Assembly (NCBI GenBank): GCA_023410025.1
Contig: JAEYQM010000061.1
Span: forward strand, 12,050 to 76,049
Reading direction: 5' to 3'
DNA from: Bacillota bacterium
GTDB lineage: Bacteria > Bacillota_I > Bacilli_A > ML615J-28 > CAG-698
DNA length: 64,000 nt
Of this stretch, positions 57,601 through 64,000 are shown in pieces (positions within the stretch are counted from its first letter, which is position 1; each line of letters begins with the position of its first letter). The position numbers were made by a program, and so were the translations under genes. The notes under the pieces were generated by a model. The model worked only from the letters and a program-made list of their open reading frames with translations. It searched no databases and had not been told where the DNA came from.

Positions 57601-58668
57601 GTAATAGGTTTATGCAATATAGCTAAAAATTATATTAATGATTCAACAAGATTAAAAAACTATCTTGATAAAGTTGATGTTTCTGGAAAATATTTGTTAT
57701 CACTAGTTAACTCATTACTTGATTTAAATAAGGTTGAATCGGGAAAATTAGAAATTTATAGTGAACAAGTTAATCTTGATGAATTTTTTAAATCACTAGA
57801 ATCGTTAGTAAAAATTCAATCTGAATTAAAAAATATAAATCTTGTATTTAATTGTAATTATTCATGTAAGCAAGTTTTACTAGATCCAGTAAGAATGAAT
57901 CAAATATTAATAAATCTATTAGGAAATGCTTTAAAATTTACACCTGAAGGTGGAATGGTAATTCTTGATGTTCATGAAGTTAAAAGCGATGATAAGGAAA
58001 TATATTTAAAATTAAGTATTCAAGATAATGGTATCGGAATTAGTAAGGAAAACTTATATAATATTTTCCTTCCTTTCCAACAAGCCTCACCAAGTATATT
58101 TAAAAAGTATGGTGGAACTGGTTTAGGGTTATCTATTAGCAGTAATCTTGTGAAACTTATGGGTGGGATACTAGAGGTTGAAAGTGAAATTGGAAAGGGA
58201 ACAAGATTCTTCTTTACGATTAAACTATTGAGAAGTGAAAAATTTAAAATTGATGCGGAAATTAATACTATAGATTATTTTTCTAAACAGTTATTTAAGA
58301 AAAGAGTATTAGTTGTTGATGATAATGATTTAAATAGAGAAATTGTTGAAGCTTTACTAATGAATGTAGGTGCAATAACTGAACAAGCAAAAGATGCAGA
58401 AGAAGCAATTGAAATGTATTCATGTAGCCCAAATAATTACTATGATTATATATTAATGGATTACTGTATGCCAGGAATGAATGGACTTGATGCAACCAAT
58501 AAGATAAGAACAACAAATAGGGATGATGCATTAAAAATACCAATTATAGCTATTACTGCAAATTTAAGTGATAACTGTGAAGAAAACTTATATAAAGGGT
58601 TTAATGGTTTTGTACCTAAACCTTTAGATGAAATAAAACTATATAATGAGTTAATAAAATTTATTTAG
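54673..58668 (+). CDS. soluble multi-domain hybrid sensor histidine kinase: PAS-like repeats + degenerate GGDEF + GAF-like + HisKA + HATPase_c + REC
   Basis: The H-box is FIAKVGHEIRSPLNG (His968, 57574-57576), the N-box NLLGNALKFTPEGG, the G-boxes DNGIGIS and GGTGLGLSIS. REC has VLVVDDNDLN, ILMDYCMPGMNG (Asp1263, 58459-58461) and KPL. The GGDEF-like block ends in ENDDF (56740-56754). Confidence 0.8.
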   Translation: MLEDYFSSSSFLSKYYFANTFIDTFDLLKGYKNKTQLIINLMNKTLKSKVIIYLDPQKQFFSSNNNFLNRILLKYNLSKYKPDKIKKIISLTCEEDQVIDIVKVKMFGISGNLFIIRNKNIQINTELLNFYLFNLKYVENDFDELQNVLGAYSINQIHKNTSTLLVNDELLNILGYNQDDFNNFANGDIIKMVNQDDLQSCQRIMNDVSLNKYYFIIRMYAYNDKIKYVLTECTRLTRNIDSFFVKYIDVSTFIDSIIPPSNYNNLFVKNNYFNHLLILNENDNFSIEYADKSLFELLGVDFEFLMQKGKYSFLKCLRKKSLNSFINMINESVTTNKSKYLEIEVKSKEGGYYSFIVMTLPSFVKGKHILSFIKSDDEKLYNNFDEHNISAKLLLNDKITIIEGPKELHNVFKNNFSFFDWIHPSDLIQANKGLERMKKGLPFSLDFRVLSNDEYSWCKVEAGFIQHFGSGSIYNILFKKSRNSESSLLEDNKFEDNDLDTYNFEYDIINDMYDGKLFYLDKIGEVGNGLVDNYLVKLLKVYNYSFDKVYRWVDFITGKKVKNFTDELIINGNRVIINITGSLIYKDNLPVKVVGTFTDVTSKYSDNTSFIKKSHIDYLTRVYNKTYGEFLVRTYLNTSTGENYLILVDINNFYLINKEYGYMFGNIVLSEFAFLLKSFINNTDILYRLENDDFIILLTNRTINDVIEFKNRLNENLKKLFIDHCNDINISCTFAYLKINNTDDYGEALNKIIELNKQYFKEQKNNIEANKTLEVNQYNFIDNLNNNGHDDIIYLALDLLEKSHNIFNAINILLCRIGKRFNLSSIHILKYDYIDRSSNLIYYWNALDNDSIFPSKIKLSNVSIDIINSMYDVNGMANLNYNDFKKLNEIIDNQDNLDNKIFFSSANFDNDTIMGNIVFEPLIPNYIIPREQKYILNAVSKIIFIHLKRAELDNAIKDKIEFIAKVGHEIRSPLNGVIGLCNIAKNYINDSTRLKNYLDKVDVSGKYLLSLVNSLLDLNKVESGKLEIYSEQVNLDEFFKSLESLVKIQSELKNINLVFNCNYSCKQVLLDPVRMNQILINLLGNALKFTPEGGMVILDVHEVKSDDKEIYLKLSIQDNGIGISKENLYNIFLPFQQASPSIFKKYGGTGLGLSISSNLVKLMGGILEVESEIGKGTRFFFTIKLLRSEKFKIDAEINTIDYFSKQLFKKRVLVVDDNDLNREIVEALLMNVGAITEQAKDAEEAIEMYSCSPNNYYDYILMDYCMPGMNGLDATNKIRTTNRDDALKIPIIAITANLSDNCEENLYKGFNGFVPKPLDEIKLYNELIKFI

Positions 58669-58690
58669 AAGACATCGAAGATGTCTTTTA
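58667..58690 (+). terminator. rho-independent terminator after the kinase gene
   Basis: AAGACAT / CGAAG / ATGTCTT followed by TTT. Confidence 0.55.
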
Positions 58691-58813
58691 ATTATAATCA
58701 TTTAACTTGTATAAATAAATAATTACTGGTAAAATTAGTTAATAACAAATTATAAAATATAATTGTTTACTAATATTTCTAATTGTGTTAGAATATTTGA
58801 AAAAGGAGTTAAT

Positions 58814-60049
58814 ATGATGAATGAAAAGTTAAGAAAGTACGCAGAACTTATTGTGAAGGTGGGAGTAAATATTCAAGAAAATCAAATTCTTGCAATTAAT
58901 TCTCCTGTTGATTGTAAAGAATTTACAAGAATGATTGTTGAAGAAGCATATAAAGCTAACGCTCGTAATGTTATTGTAAGATGGAATGATGATATAGTTA
59001 ATAAGACATATTTTACTTATGCAACTGAAGAAGTAATTGGTGATATCCCTGGATATACAGTTGAACAATTAAAATATCTTGTTGATAACAATGCAGCAGT
59101 TATTTCAATTTCTGCTCCATCTCCAGGTTTATTAAAAGATATTGACCCAAAGAAATTACAATTAAATGCCAAGGCAACAAGCGAAAAAACAATTTTTTAT
59201 CGTAAACACATGATGAGTAATTCAAGTCAATGGTGTGTTGTTGCTTATCCTACAAGTGCATGGGCTGAAAAAGTATTTCCTGAACTTAACAATGACAATG
59301 AAAGAGTGGAAAAACTTCTTGATGCTATATTAACAGCAAGTCGTGTAACTAGTGATAATAATCCAGTAAAAGCTTGGGAAGAACATATGGATACACTTGC
59401 TCGTCATAACAAGATGCTAAATGATTATAATTTTGAAAAATTACATTTTAAAAATGGATTAGGTACTGATCTAGAAGTTGGTCTTGTTGAAGATCATATC
59501 TGGGGTGGTGGAGGAGAAGTTGCCAAAAATGGTGTATACTTTGCTCCAAATATTCCAACTGAAGAAACATTTACAATGCCTCATAAATTTAAAGTAAATG
59601 GCAAAGTTGTTGCAACAAAACCACTTAACTATCAAGGAAAACTAATTGAAGATTTTTCATTAATATTTAAAGATGGAAAAGTTGTTGAATATAGTGCTAA
59701 AAAAGAAGAATCTGCTTTATCAAATCTTCTTAATTTAGATGAAGGAAGTAGACATTTAGGTGAAGTTGCATTAATTAGCCATGAATCACCAATTTCTAAT
59801 ATGAATATTTTATTCTATAATACATTATTTGATGAAAATGCATCTTGCCACCTAGCATTAGGTAATGCTTATACAATGAATATAAAAAATGGTAATGATA
59901 TGACTGATGAAGAACTAGAAGCTAAAGGTTATAATAAATCAATGAACCATGTAGACTTTATGTTTGGTAGTGCTGATATGGAAATTGTAGGCACAAAACA
60001 TGATGGTACAAAAGTAACTATCTTTACAAAAGGAAATTTTGTTTTCTAA
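58814..60049 (+). CDS. aminopeptidase, M29 family (PepS/AmpS-like)
   Basis: ATG 58814 (RBS AAGGAG) gives MMNEKLRKYAELIVKVGVNIQENQ. Size is ~411 aa. C-terminal segments typical of M29 are present (HLGEVALI...NTLFDENASCHLALGNAY). Confidence 0.75.
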   Translation: MMNEKLRKYAELIVKVGVNIQENQILAINSPVDCKEFTRMIVEEAYKANARNVIVRWNDDIVNKTYFTYATEEVIGDIPGYTVEQLKYLVDNNAAVISISAPSPGLLKDIDPKKLQLNAKATSEKTIFYRKHMMSNSSQWCVVAYPTSAWAEKVFPELNNDNERVEKLLDAILTASRVTSDNNPVKAWEEHMDTLARHNKMLNDYNFEKLHFKNGLGTDLEVGLVEDHIWGGGGEVAKNGVYFAPNIPTEETFTMPHKFKVNGKVVATKPLNYQGKLIEDFSLIFKDGKVVEYSAKKEESALSNLLNLDEGSRHLGEVALISHESPISNMNILFYNTLFDENASCHLALGNAYTMNIKNGNDMTDEELEAKGYNKSMNHVDFMFGSADMEIVGTKHDGTKVTIFTKGNFVF

Positions 60050-60165
60050 TAATAAATTAAAAGCATATAACAGTAAAAAAATGGTATTTTACAAACTCTA
60101 GTATATTAATAAAATTAATTGACATTTATGAAAATGTTTGCAATTATAAGTTTATAAAGGAGAAA

Positions 60166-61827
60166 ATGATGAAGAAAATACTAATTATTTTACTGTTATT
60201 TTTTGTTGTAGGATGTACAGTTAATGATAATAATAAAAATGTTAGTCCAGACGCAATTACAATTATTAATGAATTAGATAAAAATGAAGTTATAATAGAA
60301 GGAAAAGCTTTGAAGTTAATTGCAATAGTTACTCCGTCTAATGCTCCTCAAGATGTTATATGGAGTAGTAGTGATGAGCAAATTGCTACAGTTAATGAAA
60401 ATGGTGAAGTTACTGGACTTAAAGAAGGATCTGTAACTATAATTGCAAAAACAAAAGATTTTGAAGTCTATGATATGATAGATTTAATTGTATATAATGA
60501 TGTCCGCAATTTAAAAACAATTGAAGGAATCATTGAATACTTAGATACGATTATACCTTCAATAGCAGGAGAAACATTACCGTTTGAATACCGTATTGAA
60601 GGAGCTAGATTATCTTGGAGTACTAGTGATGAAAATATTATCACTCGCACAGGACGTGTTAATCCTAGTAATGTTGATAAAGTAATAACTGTAGTTTGTA
60701 AAATAGATTTAGGAAGAGTATCAGGGGAGTTTACAAAAGAAGTTATGGTAAAAAAGTATAATTTAAGAGATATATCAAACAAGAAATTAGCTTTTACATA
60801 TTTATATGATTATTCAGGAAGTTATAAAGGATTTAGAGAAGGCGATTTAGAAAAAATAGATGTTATAAACTATGCCTTTGGCGGGATATCTGCAGGAAAA
60901 GTAGTTGTATCAACATCAAGTAAATTATTAGATATTACAGCGGAAGCTCATAAACATGGGGTAAGAGTAGTTTTAGCTGTAGGTGGATGGGGAGTAGATG
61001 GTTTCTCTGATGCTGCATTAACTGCAGCTTCAAGAAAAGTATTTATTGATTCATTACTTGTTGCTATTGATAAATATAGTTTAAATGGAATTGATTTTGA
61101 CTGGGAATACCCAACTTCAACAGCGGGTGGATTAATTAAAGCAAGACCAGAAGATAAAGTTAATTTCACATATTTAGTTCAAGAAACTTATACTGCACTA
61201 AAGGCAAAAGATCCTAGCCTTACATTAAGTATTGCTGTTCCAAATGGATCATGGGCAGCATCGAATTACTATGAACCAGCAAAATTAAATAATTATATTG
61301 ATTACCTACACTTAATGAGTTATGATATGATTAATTATGCTTCTTCAACAAATAAAATTGTTCAATCTAGCCATCATACAAATATGTATTCATCTACTAA
61401 TAGTGTGAGTTCAGCTGAAAATGGAGTTAAAGCATATTCTGATTTAGGTATTTCCAAATCAAAAATTGTTATTGGTGTAGCTTTCTATGGACATGGATTT
61501 AAAGTAAGTAACGCAGGTAATAATGGAATGAAAGCAAATACTGATACTGCAATAAGTGGAAATAAATTTACAGTTTCATATAATGATATTGTAGATAAAT
61601 ATTTAAGTGATTCTAAATATCAAGTATTCTATGATGAACAAGCAAAGGCACATTGGTTATATGGTGATAATACTGTAATTAGTTATGATAGCCCTGAATC
61701 AATTGCAGTAAAAGCTGAGTATGCAATTAATAATAATTTATGTGGTTTAATGGTATGGCAATATAACCAAGATCATAAAACTTCAATCTTAACAAATGCA
61801 ATTTATGATAATTTAAACAAAAAATAG
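60166..61827 (+). CDS. lipoprotein with Big_2 Ig-like domain and GH18 (chitinase-like) domain
   Basis: Lipobox VVGC. The Big_2-like unit is LKLIAIVTPSNAPQDVIWSSSDEQIATVNENGEVTGLKEGSVTI. The GH18 catalytic block is LNGIDFDWEYP. The start may be the second ATG (60169). Confidence 0.8.
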   Translation: MMKKILIILLLFFVVGCTVNDNNKNVSPDAITIINELDKNEVIIEGKALKLIAIVTPSNAPQDVIWSSSDEQIATVNENGEVTGLKEGSVTIIAKTKDFEVYDMIDLIVYNDVRNLKTIEGIIEYLDTIIPSIAGETLPFEYRIEGARLSWSTSDENIITRTGRVNPSNVDKVITVVCKIDLGRVSGEFTKEVMVKKYNLRDISNKKLAFTYLYDYSGSYKGFREGDLEKIDVINYAFGGISAGKVVVSTSSKLLDITAEAHKHGVRVVLAVGGWGVDGFSDAALTAASRKVFIDSLLVAIDKYSLNGIDFDWEYPTSTAGGLIKARPEDKVNFTYLVQETYTALKAKDPSLTLSIAVPNGSWAASNYYEPAKLNNYIDYLHLMSYDMINYASSTNKIVQSSHHTNMYSSTNSVSSAENGVKAYSDLGISKSKIVIGVAFYGHGFKVSNAGNNGMKANTDTAISGNKFTVSYNDIVDKYLSDSKYQVFYDEQAKAHWLYGDNTVISYDSPESIAVKAEYAINNNLCGLMVWQYNQDHKTSILTNAIYDNLNKK

Positions 61828-61856
61828 AAGGTGTTTTACACCTTCCTTTATTTTGT
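61827..61856 (+). terminator. rho-independent terminator
   Basis: GAAGGTGT / TTT / ACACCTTC followed by CTTTATTTT. Confidence 0.6.
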
Positions 61857-61914
61857 CTAGGATATTTTTAATAAACAAAAAAATAAAAAATGATTTTACA
61901 ACCTCCCTTGTATA

Positions 61915-61923
61915 TGGTATAAT
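61915..61923 (+). promoter_or_regulatory. extended -10 element upstream of the YebC-family gene
   Basis: TGGTATAAT lies 29 nt upstream of ATG 61952. Confidence 0.4.
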
Positions 61924-61951
61924 ATAAAAAGAAAAATGAAAGGGTGTAATT

Positions 61952-62674
61952 ATGGGAAGAGCACATGAAGTTCGAGCTGCCTCAATGGCAAAAACGGCAG
62001 CCTTTAAAAGTAAACAAAATGCAAAATTTGGTCGTATGATTTATATAGCAGCAAAGAGCGGAATTCCTGACCCAGATGTAAACCAAGCATTAAAAAAGGA
62101 AATTGAAAGAGCAAAGAAAGCTCAAATTTCTGCTGATGTAATTAAAAGGGCAATTGAAAAAGCCAAAGGTGCTAATAATGAAGCTTATTATACAGCTCGT
62201 TATGAAGGTTTTGGTCCAAATAACTCAATGTTCATTGTTGAATGTTTAACTGATAATATAAACAGAACATATACAGATATACGTACAGCATTTAATAAGT
62301 CAGGTTTCAAATTGGGTGTTGACGGTAGCGTAATTCATATGTTTAATAACCAAGCAGTATTTAGCTTTGAAGGATTAAACGATGAACAAACATTAGAAGT
62401 TTTAATTATGGCTGAATGTGATGTCAATGATATTGTATACGAAGAAGGGTTAACAACAGTATTTGCACCAGTTAGTGAATATGCTAAGGTAAGAGATGCA
62501 TTAGAAGAAGCAATGCCAAATGTTGAATTCTTAGAAGATCAAGTGGCATGGATTGCTTCAGTAACAACAACTTTGGAAAACCCTAAAGAAAAGGAACAAT
62601 TTGAAAGATTTAAGAACACTCTTGATGAGTTGGATGATGTTCAAAACATTTTTCATAATATTGTTGAAGAATAG
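61952..62674 (+). CDS. YebC/PmpR-family DNA-binding regulator
   Basis: The 240-aa product has YEGFGPNN and ECLTDNINRTYTDIR, typical of the YebC/TACO1 family. Confidence 0.85.
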   Translation: MGRAHEVRAASMAKTAAFKSKQNAKFGRMIYIAAKSGIPDPDVNQALKKEIERAKKAQISADVIKRAIEKAKGANNEAYYTARYEGFGPNNSMFIVECLTDNINRTYTDIRTAFNKSGFKLGVDGSVIHMFNNQAVFSFEGLNDEQTLEVLIMAECDVNDIVYEEGLTTVFAPVSEYAKVRDALEEAMPNVEFLEDQVAWIASVTTTLENPKEKEQFERFKNTLDELDDVQNIFHNIVEE

Positions 62675-62702
62675 ATAAAGTTTAAAACTTTATCTTTTTT
62701 TA
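62673..62702 (+). terminator. rho-independent terminator
   Basis: AGATAAAGTT / TAA / AACTTTATCT followed by T7. Confidence 0.75.
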
Positions 62703-62771
62703 TTAAAATTTATTTATTAATTAATAAAGATTTGTTATAATTTATAAAAGGGTTATTTAGAGGTAATATAA

Positions 62772-64000
62772 ATGGCATTTAAAATTTTAAATACTTATAA
62801 GCAAAAAAAGAATTTATTCATACTAGTAATCTTGAGCTCTTTAATAATTATCTTTCTTTTATTTGTTTTATTTTTTAATAGTAAAGATTTAAAAATTGAC
62901 TTAACTGATTATCAGAAAAATATTGTTTACAAAATTGGTGATGATATTCCTAATTATAAGAGTAATATTAAGGCTATTAATGAGTCTGGAAATGATGTAA
63001 CAAGTAGTATTATTATTGATGATAGTAATGTTAAGTGGGAAATTTTCGGTAAATATTATATATATTATTCTTACAAAAATAAGGTAATTGCCATGACAAT
63101 TGTTGAAGTAATTTACAGTAGTCCATTTTTTATTAACTATGTTGATTTAATTTTTTATCTAGATATGGATAGTTCGATAAATTATTTTGCTACGAATATA
63201 AGAGCGTTTGATTGTTATGGTAAAGATATCACTTATGATAGTAGTGGCAAAAGAAAAATAACAGTAGATGATAGTAATGTTGATTATTCAAAAATTGGAA
63301 AATATATTGCATATTATGAAATAACTGATCCGAATGGAAACTACAAAAAACAAGAAATAACAGTTGATATTAGAAAAAATTCACCTACCCCTGTGATTTA
63401 TGGAATTAGTGATAATTTATATTTAAAACTAAATACGTCAAGTAACCAAGATGTTTTTCTAGAAGGAGTAAAAGCATATTCAAATCAAGGTAATGATATT
63501 ACTAAATCAGTTAAAGTTAATGTTGATAACTTAAATTATTCTATTCCCGGGGAATATATAATTAGTTATGAAGTTATTGATAATAATGGTAATTATTCTT
63601 CGTTTGAAAGAATGGTCATTATTTTAAATGAGGATATACCTTCAATTTTTGGTATAAAAGAAAATATTGTTTTAAATGTAGGTGAAAAATTACCAGATTG
63701 GACAAATAAAGTTCGTGCTTATGATTTAATTGATAAAAACATAACAAATGAGTTAATTATAAAAGTTGTAAATTTAAAGACAAACATAATTTATACTTTT
63801 GATGAATTAAAAGAAAATTTAATTCATGAGATTGGTGAATATAATTTAATTTATGAAGTTACTAGCTCAATAGGGAAAACCATAACAGAAGAAGTATATT
63901 TAGTTATTTGGATTGATGTAACAAAACCAACTATAACAGAAGTTAGTGATTTAATTTATATTATTGGTAATGATTATCCTGATCTTTTAGATGGAATAAG
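62772..64000 (+). CDS. membrane-anchored protein with tandem Ig-like (DUF5011/Big-type) repeats, 3' end beyond window
   Basis: It is not in the ORF track because there is no stop in the window. I translated it manually from ATG 62772 and found no in-frame stop up to 63998. It has an N-terminal TM (LFILVILSSLIIIFLLFVLFF), then at least 5 repeats of ~80 aa with the pattern ...A.D..GNDIT..V.V......N....G.Y.I.Y.V.D..GN... Confidence 0.6.
   Translation, partial: MAFKILNTYKQKKNLFILVILSSLIIIFLLFVLFFNSKDLKIDLTDYQKNIVYKIGDDIPNYKSNIKAINESGNDVTSSIIIDDSNVKWEIFGKYYIYYSYKNKVIAMTIVEVIYSSPFFINYVDLIFYLDMDSSINYFATNIRAFDCYGKDITYDSSGKRKITVDDSNVDYSKIGKYIAYYEITDPNGNYKKQEITVDIRKNSPTPVIYGISDNLYLKLNTSSNQDVFLEGVKAYSNQGNDITKSVKVNVDNLNYSIPGEYIISYEVIDNNGNYSSFERMVIILNEDIPSIFGIKENIVLNVGEKLPDWTNKVRAYDLIDKNITNELIIKVVNLKTNIIYTFDELKENLIHEIGEYNLIYEVTSSIGKTITEEVYLVIWIDVTKPTITEVSDLIYIIGNDYPDLLDGI

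Noticed and set aside
1-64000. A search for rRNA, tRNA (GGTTCGAAT-type T-arms), tmRNA, CRISPR repeats, IS inverted repeats or transposases, and prophage genes.
   Set aside because: None were found. All intergenic regions are under 280 nt and are explained by promoters, terminators, the T-box or the riboswitch.

Overview
The window is a very A+T-rich chromosomal segment, roughly 28-30% GC by eye. It uses the standard genetic code: TGA acts as a stop and full-length proteins are obtained without recoding. The gene order is that of a low-GC Firmicute / Mollicutes-related (Erysipelotrichia-like) organism. All calls come from reading the sequence and from remembered family motifs; no searches were run.

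Core content:
- coaE (3' end), an unknown ORF, Bacillus-type dnaB and dnaI, and a T-box-controlled thrS.
- trmFO-xerC-dut.
- The conserved block rpsB-tsf-pyrH-frr-uppS-cdsA-dxr-rseP-proS.
- nagA plus glycosidase-like surface proteins.
- hflX and a MATE pump on the minus strand.
- zwf-gnd on the minus strand.
- ald, mgsA, ispD-ispF, pncB, pepS-like aminopeptidase, and a YebC-family regulator.
- A yybP-ykoY (Mn2+) riboswitch in front of a P-type ATPase.

I found no rRNA, tRNA, CRISPR array, IS element or prophage.

Accessory and unusual content:
1. A promoter-to-terminator cassette at about 28.5-31.1 kb. It encodes a Sec-signal 52-aa propeptide, a 410-aa HTH+TPR (RNPP-like) protein and a 10-TM protein. 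This is my best candidate for an undescribed peptide-signalling system.
2. A tightly coupled operon of a 1383-aa degenerate SF1-helicase-like giant protein, an ankyrin-repeat protein and the c-di-AMP cyclase cdaA. The usual cdaR-glmM partners are absent.
3. A ClpC-like ATPase with a vestigial D2 ring.
4. An INS-less ProRS.
5. Two proteins with degenerate GGDEF domains, one of them a 1331-aa soluble hybrid histidine kinase.
6. Several lipoproteins and anchored proteins with Ig-like repeats.
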